A DNA stretch of 63,699 bases, the filler included, from Craspedostauros australis (Eukaryota): the NCBI GenBank assembly GCA_030167865.1. It is 9 parts of 9 records of this genome, joined end to end, with 100 filler letters (N's around TTAATTAATTAA, not from the genome) between each part and the next. Parts side by side here need not be neighbours in the genome. Positions count along the whole stretch, not along the records: positions 1 to 26,623 come from JALAGF010003969.1; positions 26,724 to 38,528 come from JALAGF010003971.1; 7 more parts are not named here. One strand, written 5' to 3'. Both the position numbers and the translations under genes were made by a program. The notes beneath the pieces are model-generated. The model was not told where the DNA came from. It did no database searches and was given only the letters and a program-made list of their open reading frames with translations. This document shows positions 21,501 through 29,493 of this stretch, in pieces; the first letter of the stretch is position 1, and each line of letters opens with the position of its first letter.

Positions 21501-24500
21501 GGATGTGTCCGACGATGATCGTCAGGTTGTCCCCGACGAGGATGGCGATGATGACATCGACGTCGACCTTAATGACAATGATGAAAACGACGACGCAGCA
21601 CCCGAAAAGACCTCCAAGAAACGCGGCAATCCACTCAAGGCCCTCCGTAAGAGATTCAACAAGAACAAGACAAAGTCTGAGTCTCAGGATGATGCCCAGA
21701 ACGATGCCCAGCATGGCGCCGAAGTGTCCAACAACGACGAAAGCTCCGATGATCTTGGTGGCACCAGCGAACTCAACGACACTGACGAAGACGGCAAGGT
21801 CCGTCGAAGCAATGAACCCGACAAAGCTCCAGACGATGATTCCGACGACAACCGATCTGTTGGCAGCTTCGGCAGGCTGCGGAGCGGCATCAAGAAGAGA
21901 TTCGGAGGTCGAAAATCACGAAAGAAAGAGAAAGCAGAAAACAGCGCCAGCTTCAACGAAGACGATGTCAACGAGTCTCCAAGAGGAGTTGAAGACACCG
22001 CCAAAGCTGATCCATCGACTGGCCAACCAAACACGGATGATGGTGACAGCGGTAGTGGTAGCAAGGATGACGGTGAGGGCGAAGGCAAGGGCGAGGGTAC
22101 CGCTCCTGTGACGGCAAGTGACGATACCCAAGACCGTAGCTCTGACAAGATGGACACACAAGCGGATGACTCCGATGATAACCGATCCGTCGGCAGCTTC
22201 GGTAGACTACGAAGCGGCATTAAGAAGAGATTCGGTGGCCGAAAGTCGCGAAAGAAAGAAAAGGAGAAGATGGAGAGAAGTGGCAGTTCCGCCGACAGCG
22301 ATGCCAATGGATCATCCAAAGGAAATGAAGCTGGAGATCCAAGTGCAAATCAAGCTGGCCCTTCGAATACTGAATCTGACCCTTCGGTCAACAAAGCTGA
22401 TACCTCCGATCGTGAGGTGGAAACGACTGATGTGGAAGCTAACGACAAGAACGCCAACGCGATCGCTCGTGACAACGAGAACGACGATGACTCCGACGAT
22501 AATCGGTCTGTTGGTAGCTTCGGTAGATTGCGAAGTGGCATCAAGAAGAGATTCGGTGGCCGGCGAGCAAGGAAGAAAGAGAAGATGGAGAAGAGTGACA
22601 GCTTCGCCGATAGCGATGCCAATGAGTCATCCAAGGGTGAGGGAGGCGCCAACAAGGATGCAGATGAAGCCGAGCCCTCAACCAACGACGCTGATACCGC
22701 CAATCGCGAGGCGGAAAGGACTGCAGTCGCAGATGCAAACGAGAAGAATGCAAGCGCTGACGCTCGTGAGAACGACGAAGACTCCGACGACAATCGATCA
22801 GTCGGCAGCTTTGGCCGGCTGCGAAGCGGAATGAAGAAGAGATTTGGTGGTCGTCGAGCACGAAAGAAGGAGAAGATGGAGAAGAGCAGCAGCTTCGCTA
22901 ATAGTGATGCCAACGAATCCTCCAAGGGCGAGGAAGACGCCAGCAAGGGTGCAAATCAAGCTGATCCAAAAGTCAACGGAGCCGATGCCGCCGATCGTGG
23001 GGCGGAAAAGACTGTAGACGCTGATGCCGACGAAAAGAACGCAAGCACAGAAGCTCGCGAAAACGGAAACGATGATGACTCCGACGACAACCGGTCTGTT
23101 GGTAGCTTCGGAAGGTTACGAAGCGGCATCAAGAAGAGGCTCGGTGGCCGGCGAGCACGGAAGAAGGAAAAGATGGAGAAAGGTAGTAGTTTCGTTGACA
23201 GGGATGCGAATGGGTCTTCGAAAGGAAATGAGGCTTCCAGCGAAGGAGATCCATCTGCCCGTCAAGTTGATGCTGGCGATGGCGATGTTGCGATGGGAGA
23301 AATGGCTTCCGCAGATACCAGTAAGAACAACACCAGCAACAGAGATGCCAAAGACGACGACTCCGATGACAACCGATCCGTCGGAAGCTTTGGAAGGCTT
23401 CGAAGCGGGTTGAAAAAGAGGCTTGGAGGGCGAAGACGTGCAAAGAAGAAAGGAAAGGCCGAGAACGAAGACGCCGGTACCAACGATGTCGATGACGGCA
23501 AGGCCGACGCCTCAGCCTCCAACGACAATGATGCGATCAACGCGACGAAGGACGACAACGAAGCCGATGGCGACGATGGCGACTCGACGGATGACAAGTC
23601 TCACAAGAGCTCGAAGCGACGCAAAAATCCGTTGAAGAACATCGGCCGGCGATTCGGGAAGAAGAATACCAATCGGCAGAAGTCTGAAGGCACGGATGAT
23701 GCGGAAGACCGCAAACAGAACGAAGAGACTGCAAGCGGGAAGGACCAATCTGCCAGTCTGGAGTTGCAAGATGGAGATGGTGCTGACGAATCGAAGCAGG
23801 ATGCGCAATTGCATTATGGTAGTGCTGAGTTGGCGCCCAAGGACAAGCAAGCCGACGCTGGTGGGGATGATAACTCAGACGATAATCGTTCGCAGAAGAG
23901 CATCTTCAGGCGTCGAAACCCGCTGAAGGCTGTGAGAAAGCGAATGACCAACAAGAAAAAGTCCGCCTCCGACGCGGACGCGGACGACGAGCAAGGTGCT
24001 GGCACCGATCCCAATGCTGCCGATGGAGGTGGCGGCCAAGATGCACAGGCCTCGACCGAGCTCGACGCAGACCCACCAGTGAACGGTGACGGTCAATCCG
24101 AGCAAGATCAAAAGCAAAAACAGCGCAAAGGACGTTTCGGTTTCGGAAAGAAGAACAAGCGCGGTCCAAAAGAAGGAGAAGGACAGACTGCTGACGACGA
24201 ACGCGAGGGCGAGGCCGATACATCACCACAGGCGGAAGCCACAGCCGACTCGCAGGCCGTGAGTAACGATGGGGAGAGCGGCAAGAAGGAGAAGAAGCGC
24301 AATGGATTCCTCAGTGGAATGCGACAAAAGAAAAAGAAGCCGCAACCAGACAGCGCCGAGGAAGCTCAGGACGCCGCTGCTGATGGATCGGAAGGGCAAG
24401 ACATGGAGCCGACCAAAGCGTCGGACGGCAAGGATCAAGCTGATAATCGCAGCAAGAAATCGGAGGCTAGTGGCAAGAGCAAGGCATCCATCTTCGGTTT

Positions 24501-25701
24501 CGGCCGCCGTCGAAAGAAAAACAAGGGCAAGGAAAAAGATAGGGACAAGCAGAAGGACAAAGACAAGAACAAGGATGAGGACAAGAAAGACGACGAGATG
24601 GCGGAAGAGAGCACTCCTCATCCTGACGGAAGCGGTGTGCCGTCCTCGGTGGAAGATGACGATCAAAGCCAACGATCCTTCCGAAGCGAGCTGACAGAGG
24701 ACTCGATGTCATCGAGATCTTCGCGCCGAAATCCACTGCGTGCCTTCGGCCAGCTGTTTGGGAAGAAACCGAAACAAGCGGAGGCCAAGCCAGGATATCC
24801 AACCGCATTAAATGATGACGACCTCGATCTTTCCGACGCTGATCTGATGGACGCCGCTGGTGGTGAGCATGGAGCCAAGCACAATGCGGAGGCAGAAGCC
24901 GTCACCCAGTTCAGCCCCCTCGGACTTGCGGAAAATACTCCAGAGCTGACGCAGAAAGCCAAGAAGGCACAGGTCGACGGCACCGATCCGTCGATTCGGG
25001 CCCGCTCGCCGAAGCAAAAGCAGAAGAAAGAGATGCCCAGCAACGTCGAGGCACATGCACCGCAGATCTCATCGTCTCCCAAAGGCAAAAAGCACAAGAC
25101 CAAATCAAGCAGCAAGACCAAATCCCAGGATCACACAAACACACCCAACAACGGCGGCGGTGGTGATAAGGCAACGGATGTTGCCATTGCCCCAACCGAC
25201 GGCAAGGGAGAGAAGACGGATGCACACAAGACGACGAAAAAGAAGAAGTCTCACAAGAGCAAGAAATCCGGAGAAGACGAACAGGCCGCCAGCAAGTCAA
25301 AGCACAAGGCCAAGAAAACGAAGAAAACCGCAGCCGACCAAGGCGACGAGAAAGGCAACGGCGAAGGCTCCGGCAAACCTCATTCGGCGAAGAAAAAGAA
25401 GAAATCAACAAAATCTCCCGACAAGGCGAACGACGAGGCCAGCAAGGACGTAGCCGCGGCCGGCGACGACAACAACGTGAGCAAGGAGCACAAGAAGAAA
25501 AAGAAGAAGAAATCAAGCAAATCCAGCTCAAAGCTCGACGCCCAAACGGAAGATGCAAATGGCGGAACCGACAACACCGAAAAGAAAAAGAAGAAGAAAT
25601 CATCGTCTTCGGCGAAAGCCACGTCTGATGCTGCGGCCGCAAAGTCCAGCAAGTCAAAGACGCCAAAGAAAAAGAAGAAAAGCACCAAAGTGGAAGCATG
25701 A
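15529..25701 (+). CDS. Giant (about 3390 aa) acidic disordered protein with two N-terminal BSD-like domains, polybasic repeats and Lys-rich tail
   Basis: About 10-kb uninterrupted ORF, first ATG at 15529. Contains YVVQQEIVEERDFWQRYLFRCDENRI and FYTELVVEGEEVPEREFWERYHFRCDEQRI (BSD signature), a D/E-rich body and a KKKKKSS-rich C-terminus. Confidence 0.85.
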   Translation: MSVTSQQHQLRKLSNQEADRLRNLEGTYLEPLPNPDDIPDAFIQNELFNFLEDFDKSWNGTKRRRLLDLHVTSLTKYHNKYVVQQEIVEERDFWQRYLFRCDENRIIRFLERRQKKMRRAKPSSLRSTESGIIGTTVGHANEAKSVQSFITEFDEDESDYSSGSDEDDDIDDDIDEDQSAVAAPSVGMSLRDRMSLYKQATGKPDGEDANPQQTQDDGAMMISDGEEEEDGSEDDYDMESDETSSNSSDGNQPGGTVQERLSKYKRKAKKSAKKKAARTVPNVDDFADSVSNRRENYNVTSSTGDIDHHHENRGKSSMSASDGDPDAINVSRESLESMEAIDESRSVKSGKSRVTKSGRKIKGIAEEAEHRRQQRETYTVPIQQQSSTAAASSPDNAKDAEDHILQQDTSDFLLNFRKQWTAQQEQRDETLEHHPDTVGQFYTELVVEGEEVPEREFWERYHFRCDEQRILKEFQRAERKRALVKSIKKQKKMKYDEFGEPILMDINGKDDDSDMDDEGVLPSPTRIKKFLDVSKDEALKSNVSLEVRKTDYVQESNNQDIKKTIDVTSEEVLIKENRTLQERMDTLTTTATAPPPPKKIVDPNQDEALKQNLSLQQRKEALEAQNADRSASQTIDDDKEPQESTGRRGQYAGAAVAVGAAALATGAVVSGMADGSQSEDSGDSDSDSDSDSEDVDVSVVFSSDGDEQDDMSNEDGDDNGDSDDVGTTESSQDLVDAIPKQLSEMQGQEAADDDEHPKERILYANIPKDISHDDTVDNDSNKNNDMTDEGNNDNATSSVDVSVEFSDSTKEDTMGVETGMNGGEEEPAESGFQERIIFANVPKTTDEDEEGTAESPAEEKDETPNVTAETDADAQSDDGGADVDDDEDEDGAEDESASVSVSVSTDYDADADADVQSKSEAGDVEGSGNDVSQESDDAEESAAMEDAADNEESTAKVDDSTKGAIDVGVDDVSDSAGEPDDAASPSQEEIVEADETKGDESSTDENNGPTVPAETAPIDDTPDRSSEDMQYGSDDQSDHQASAADTQDDTDDEEVNRATEDARGDDDALDAAADPVEDESEDMAADTEDDASENAQSSAAEDDSEGEEAMSVDNEADDGQDDPSDNDGQRPIDDAQTNEVESANDDGASGTQDNTDDGTDDAAADIAVESLSVDEANEAENNAAPTTPTTDDEQAEGSQDQDRDDDDDRTEVVGNHDGGQNDKSDDDDDAKDNDVDETNAPVETLQDAPKDHDEINNDNGDVEESHASKDNDIVSISASDDASDKSIEEEGSSSDEDLGSIDPADTADAQEAAGTNTDAEQAVTNEATIPPPSLPQPASHDDPMDDGEADDTEDQQHPAADAADAGSNADDRDIAAMDTEQAEAAHDPDIAEDTTPQPSADDLRSDGEGDGASESDGEASQADEKNTSGEVEPKANAEDQQEAQTQTRAVKQEPSSLRSTDAGDAKPEGGAVETGSDESGMESESEEESEEEEGETEEDSEEESGSEYEDSDGDESEESEEESETDDEDEENGEDGSVEVRLRGTDEGDSQLMSQKDKQYDGWTTDSASDNEFDGWLSKASDASSNNLEDSSGEEELSSEYEDDSDDEEDDDEDEDDDDDDDEEDSDEYEDDDDEDSIDSDMTSTVLEGADAFESRRSLALQTGASARGVATSAALGASAEVSEDEGIIEGGLPAELAAKADDGDDDDDGDGDAKKKKKRRGLRGLFSRKNRKTKNAAQSSAEGSSEEPSMEGPDLSNESLEESFANEIEGDDEMDTSDNAMDDVMDNATDDEETAEDHPSEPAKRRKNPLKAFGRRFRKKDKSASSGEETGGDDEIDGERALDADAGAAAAQPTTSDSGSQAHDTITDGDEDGADKEDRHDVDEKAKGDGEDKDDDESIGNKSQSSFGRLKNPLKKLGRRLGGRRRKKEAESEGQDDDDDDDDAGVGGAGDDDAEVENQASAKPERSDSNMNDGDSKTGPQEGKKDGQAMDVSDDDRQVVPDEDGDDDIDVDLNDNDENDDAAPEKTSKKRGNPLKALRKRFNKNKTKSESQDDAQNDAQHGAEVSNNDESSDDLGGTSELNDTDEDGKVRRSNEPDKAPDDDSDDNRSVGSFGRLRSGIKKRFGGRKSRKKEKAENSASFNEDDVNESPRGVEDTAKADPSTGQPNTDDGDSGSGSKDDGEGEGKGEGTAPVTASDDTQDRSSDKMDTQADDSDDNRSVGSFGRLRSGIKKRFGGRKSRKKEKEKMERSGSSADSDANGSSKGNEAGDPSANQAGPSNTESDPSVNKADTSDREVETTDVEANDKNANAIARDNENDDDSDDNRSVGSFGRLRSGIKKRFGGRRARKKEKMEKSDSFADSDANESSKGEGGANKDADEAEPSTNDADTANREAERTAVADANEKNASADARENDEDSDDNRSVGSFGRLRSGMKKRFGGRRARKKEKMEKSSSFANSDANESSKGEEDASKGANQADPKVNGADAADRGAEKTVDADADEKNASTEARENGNDDDSDDNRSVGSFGRLRSGIKKRLGGRRARKKEKMEKGSSFVDRDANGSSKGNEASSEGDPSARQVDAGDGDVAMGEMASADTSKNNTSNRDAKDDDSDDNRSVGSFGRLRSGLKKRLGGRRRAKKKGKAENEDAGTNDVDDGKADASASNDNDAINATKDDNEADGDDGDSTDDKSHKSSKRRKNPLKNIGRRFGKKNTNRQKSEGTDDAEDRKQNEETASGKDQSASLELQDGDGADESKQDAQLHYGSAELAPKDKQADAGGDDNSDDNRSQKSIFRRRNPLKAVRKRMTNKKKSASDADADDEQGAGTDPNAADGGGGQDAQASTELDADPPVNGDGQSEQDQKQKQRKGRFGFGKKNKRGPKEGEGQTADDEREGEADTSPQAEATADSQAVSNDGESGKKEKKRNGFLSGMRQKKKKPQPDSAEEAQDAAADGSEGQDMEPTKASDGKDQADNRSKKSEASGKSKASIFGFGRRRKKNKGKEKDRDKQKDKDKNKDEDKKDDEMAEESTPHPDGSGVPSSVEDDDQSQRSFRSELTEDSMSSRSSRRNPLRAFGQLFGKKPKQAEAKPGYPTALNDDDLDLSDADLMDAAGGEHGAKHNAEAEAVTQFSPLGLAENTPELTQKAKKAQVDGTDPSIRARSPKQKQKKEMPSNVEAHAPQISSSPKGKKHKTKSSSKTKSQDHTNTPNNGGGGDKATDVAIAPTDGKGEKTDAHKTTKKKKSHKSKKSGEDEQAASKSKHKAKKTKKTAADQGDEKGNGEGSGKPHSAKKKKKSTKSPDKANDEASKDVAAAGDDNNVSKEHKKKKKKKSSKSSSKLDAQTEDANGGTDNTEKKKKKKSSSSAKATSDAAAAKSSKSKTPKKKKKSTKVEA
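21832..23460 (+). repeat. Six coding tandem repeats (period about 280-330 bp) with core DDSDDNRSVGSFGRLRSG(I/M/L)KKR(F/L)GGR
   Basis: Core Ser codon (SDDN) at 21841, 22171, 22492, 22783, 23080 and 23362. The peptide is conserved while synonymous sites differ. Confidence 0.93.
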
Positions 25702-25915
25702 TAATGCGCTCCCATGGCAGGAGACAGAAGAGACACCAAGCGTTGACACGGCCAATGCTGTTCAGTTAATATGACAGTAATCCCATGATAGAATTTCAAT
25801 GTTATTTGATGTTGCGTGATATTCGCAGATTTTGTGAGTGCAGGCGCGGAGAATCTGGTGAGCTGTTGTGCGGAGCACTGAGCATCGTTAGCAACTCAAG
25901 GGGCTGCGTTTCCTC

Positions 25916-26623
25916 TCACAGCTGCGTTGGTTCCTGCGCTGACTCTTGCAACAACGAGCCGATCGATGACAGCTCATCACCAACCAACCGCCTCCAATCA
26001 CCAGGACCTGACAGATCCATCATGTCGATTGGACCAAACTCCACACGCTCCAGCTCCAACACACTGAATCCAAGTGCGCCCATCATCTTGCGGATCTGAC
26101 GATTGCGACCTTCCTTCAACGTGATGTAACACACATCGTATCTCTTCCTCCTCCTGCTGGATACGGGCGGTATTGACGATGACGACGGCGATGGTGATGC
26201 ATCATCGTGTGACTCACTGCCTGGCACACCGCCTGATACACCGTATGTAGCACCATACCTTTCCACATACACATGTTCATACTCAACGTCGCACGGTTTC
26301 GTCCGAGCCCGCAACGCCTTTCCGCGCTTCCTGTCTTGAGCTGACATGGTCGTGATCATCACGCCTCTGCGGAGCTTGTCCAGATCGCGCTCTTCAAGCT
26401 GATGATCGACTCGGACACGATACACCTTGGTATGTGCATGTTCCGATCGCAGGATGGAGTTTGGCAGGCGACCGTCGGATGTGAGGAGGATGAGACCGGA
26501 TGATTCCTTGTCGAGACGACCGACTGTGTAGACTCTGTGTTTCGGATTGTATCCGTGGTTGATCGTGATTTCGTCGATGATGTTGTTTGGGATGTCTGGA
26601 TCTGTGGTGCAGACGATGCCTCT
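25916..26623 (-). CDS. Second copy of RsuA/RluF-family pseudouridine synthase, 5'-truncated by contig end
   Basis: Inverted copy of 1-720. Differs only at the C-terminus (SAQEPTQL* vs SAQEPAQEPAQQ*). Confidence 0.92.
   Translation of the reverse strand, partial: RGIVCTTDPDIPNNIIDEITINHGYNPKHRVYTVGRLDKESSGLILLTSDGRLPNSILRSEHAHTKVYRVRVDHQLEERDLDKLRRGVMITTMSAQDRKRGKALRARTKPCDVEYEHVYVERYGATYGVSGGVPGSESHDDASPSPSSSSIPPVSSRRRKRYDVCYITLKEGRNRQIRKMMGALGFSVLELERVEFGPIDMMDLSGPGDWRRLVGDELSSIGSLLQESAQEPTQL
25928..26623 (-). repeat. Right arm of 696-bp inverted repeat
   Basis: Reverse complement of 1-696, ending at the same repeat position at which the contig starts. Confidence 0.95.
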
Positions 26624-26723
26624 NNNNNNNNNNNNNNNNNNNNNNNNNNNNNNNNNNNNNNNNNNNNTTAATTAATTAANNNNNNNNNNNNNNNNNNNNN
26701 NNNNNNNNNNNNNNNNNNNNNNN
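26624..26723. other. Artificial contig-joining spacer
   Basis: 100 bp: N run + TTAATTAATTAA (stops in all six frames) + N run. Confidence 0.98.
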
Positions 26724-26724
26724 C

Positions 26725-28818
26725 AATGACAATGACACGGACGATGTTCCAGATGTCATCCAAGACGGAATGCTCAAACAGCGACACCAGGTGATCGACT
26801 ACTTGGATGTTTCGAACCGTCTCGGCGACCTCGACACCGAGATTAGCGACAGAGTCGTTCACACCAAGTCACAAACATACCTGTACCGTAAAAGTGGAAA
26901 TGAAAATGAGGGCCTGATGAATAGCGATTCTGTCACCGATGACAAAAAAGTGAAAGCGAAATCAAAGGCGATCCCCCTTACTCAACCACTCCGTCGCAGG
27001 CAGGTTGCGTCCACTTCAAACGCTTCAGAAATGATCTCTCCGCGCGCAACCGCAGATGTGGCTCTGAGGGACGCAGTTGGCACAGCCCAACCAGAGAGAG
27101 ATGCTGCTTTGGTGGACATGGTCATGAATGTTATCAAGCAGAATGAGGCAGATGCGTTCAAAGACCAAAATACGCAGACGAGTACCGCGCAACAGCAGCA
27201 GGAACAGGATCAAATTCACACTGGTGTGGATGAAGGAAGGCGTGACATCGCGGCATTCACGCAAACGGATGAAGACGATGTTTATGCCAACCGAGACAGC
27301 ACGCTCACTGCATCGAACCTCGCCCCGGCCACAAGCGACGGCGCACCGTTGAACAGTACCTCCGCTTCGACGGTTCCACCACCCACATCATTAGTGAGAT
27401 CGTCACGAGACCGACGAGGTGTGAAACAGCTCGACGAGCGCCCTGGAGCCATTCGGGTTATCCAAGGGGCAGGCGGGACATACACGGAACGCCCAGATGC
27501 CTTGTTGGAATTGGAAGCTGAATCTGCAGATGCCGAAGCGTCTCAGGCCACGCCCGTCGACATAGAATCCGTACATTCGGACACAATTGCCGCAACCTTG
27601 ATCGACATGTCCTCCGATGAAGATGGTGATCTGAACACCGCGGCGATCGAAGAGGCCAGGCGAATAGGTGCAGAGCGGACAAAACGGACCCTTCTCGAAG
27701 ATGCTGTGGTGGCAGATGTTGCACAAGACAGCAAGAAGTCACGAACCACTACCTACCTCATCGTCGCATCGATCTGCGTGGTCATCGTTGTTGGCGCTAT
27801 CATCGGTGGCGTCGTTGGCTCCGCATCGAGCGGAGGATCAGCGTCATCTGCTGCAGTTGGTGCGATCACTGCAATGCCAACACCGGCGCCGACCACGGCG
27901 CAACCATCAGCTTCATCCGCTGCTCCGTCCGACAATCCGTCTTCCGCGCCCTCGGACTTGCCTTCGCCATCTCCTTCCAATATATTCAGCCAGTCCCCGA
28001 CAATGCAACCAACCGCGACAGAATCGTCGAGGCCAACGGTAACCGATGACATCTTGATCGCGCAGAAGATCGAGCGCGTTGTAAAGAATGCCACTCCCAA
28101 CTCTTCCTTCACCGGCCCTTACGAAATCGACGCTTTGGATTGGTTGGTTGCTTGGGATGAATGGATCACGTTGCAAACCGAAGAAGAGCTGATCAAGGAA
28201 CGGTATGTCCTTGTTCTTTTCGCTTTCACATTGCACGTTGATAGATGGTTCGACCAATACAATTTCCTGGATGTGACGACCTCTGTTTGCGAATGGGGCC
28301 GACTCGACAATCCCATCTCGCAGGTCCCAGTGCTGTCCTGCGACGATATGGGGCGTGTGCGCTCCATTTCGCTTGTGGCGAACAACCTGTCTGGAGCGAT
28401 ACCATCAGGGCTCGACATGCTGGAATCCCTTCGTACGTTGGACTTTGAATCCAACAGGCTCGGAGGAAGGATACCATCGCGTCTGGGCGAACTTACCAAC
28501 CTCGAAGTCTTCCGAGTTGGATCCAATCAGCTGGGTGGAATGATACCTACGGAATTCGGTAATCTCCAGGTCCTTCGCGAACTGCGCTTGTCCCGGAACG
28601 CAGGGTTGAATGGTCGCATTCCAACGCAAATGAACACGATCCGCACGCTGCAAACCTTGATGATCGAAGGCACCGGACTGACGAACGCGGAAGCCATGTG
28701 CGAAATTGGCATTGTTTGGGACATGTTCCAATCCGACTGCCAGTCCAGCAATTCGACGTGTACATGCTGCACGCATTGTTGCTTGGATGGGAGCAACTGC
28801 ACACCCAATATCACATAA
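26725..28818 (+). CDS. Type II membrane LRR receptor-like protein, copy 1 (5'-truncated)
   Basis: Open from contig start (NDNDTDDVPDVIQDGMLKQRHQVIDYL). Has RPGAIRVIQG motif, TM YLIVASICVVIVVGAIIGGVVG, PS-rich stalk, ALDWL..ERYVL cap, LRRs and CTCCTHCC cap. Confidence 0.9.
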   Translation, partial: NDNDTDDVPDVIQDGMLKQRHQVIDYLDVSNRLGDLDTEISDRVVHTKSQTYLYRKSGNENEGLMNSDSVTDDKKVKAKSKAIPLTQPLRRRQVASTSNASEMISPRATADVALRDAVGTAQPERDAALVDMVMNVIKQNEADAFKDQNTQTSTAQQQQEQDQIHTGVDEGRRDIAAFTQTDEDDVYANRDSTLTASNLAPATSDGAPLNSTSASTVPPPTSLVRSSRDRRGVKQLDERPGAIRVIQGAGGTYTERPDALLELEAESADAEASQATPVDIESVHSDTIAATLIDMSSDEDGDLNTAAIEEARRIGAERTKRTLLEDAVVADVAQDSKKSRTTTYLIVASICVVIVVGAIIGGVVGSASSGGSASSAAVGAITAMPTPAPTTAQPSASSAAPSDNPSSAPSDLPSPSPSNIFSQSPTMQPTATESSRPTVTDDILIAQKIERVVKNATPNSSFTGPYEIDALDWLVAWDEWITLQTEEELIKERYVLVLFAFTLHVDRWFDQYNFLDVTTSVCEWGRLDNPISQVPVLSCDDMGRVRSISLVANNLSGAIPSGLDMLESLRTLDFESNRLGGRIPSRLGELTNLEVFRVGSNQLGGMIPTEFGNLQVLRELRLSRNAGLNGRIPTQMNTIRTLQTLMIEGTGLTNAEAMCEIGIVWDMFQSDCQSSNSTCTCCTHCCLDGSNCTPNIT

Positions 28819-29493
28819 ACGAGAGCACGAACGGTTCTGCCACTGCCGTGATCGGTGTAGAAGGCGTGAGTTAGGGCGCGGTGTCCAATGGCAGAATGTG
28901 CAGATAGCACGAACTTCATCTTTCTCTATGTCTCTGATGCTGATGCTGAGATACGGCGTTGCAGTTGGGGGTTGCCATAGTTTGGCGACTCTGGGGTCTT
29001 CGCAGTACGAGTAGTCGTACCTGTCCTCTGTTTGCGCTGGCCTTTGCGTCATTCTCTATCTTCGTTTTGGTAGGCTGGCACCTTCATTTCAGTCGTGGTG
29101 GTTCTTGCATCCACGTTTCGCGTTGTGGTGACCAGTGAACAACGACCACATGTCGCAACGACGTCCCAGCGAGACACCCGTGCAGAAGTGAACAACAACA
29201 CGATGTCCTCGTGGTCACCACAAAAACCGACCACAGAGGGAGGCAGAACCGTGAGAAAGCCAAACGAAGGAATTCACCAACAGAAGACCACGAACAACAG
29301 AGAGCCAGACATGAAGAGAAAGAGGGAGTGCCAACGAAGATGCCAGTGCTCCCGGCGATGGTCAAAAGTTCATCAAACTTCCGCTTGGTATCGTCATGCA
29401 GAGAAGTGGCAATCGCGATCTACTCCATTGTGATTTGACGAAGCTCACTAGTGATCCACACCAGAGGAGAGTTCTCCACCTCAATTCGAAATC

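Noticed and set aside
21832..23460. Regularly spaced conserved repeats with variable spacers (CRISPR-like look)
   Set aside because: The period is about 300 bp, variation is synonymous and in frame within a eukaryotic ORF, and there are no cas genes.
25000..25701. Lys/Ser-rich tail resembling silaffin-type biosilica proteins
   Set aside because: There is no signal peptide, and the BSD domains imply a cytosolic or nuclear location.
778..25799. Many long antisense or alternate-frame ORFs overlapping the giant genes
   Set aside because: These are expected shadows of GC-rich, low-complexity coding sequence, and none has a recognisable domain.
1..26623. Giant DNA transposon (Maverick/Polinton-like) or linear replicon with terminal inverted repeats
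   Set aside because: The arms are mid-gene pieces of a housekeeping enzyme. No transposase, integrase, polymerase or capsid gene lies inside.
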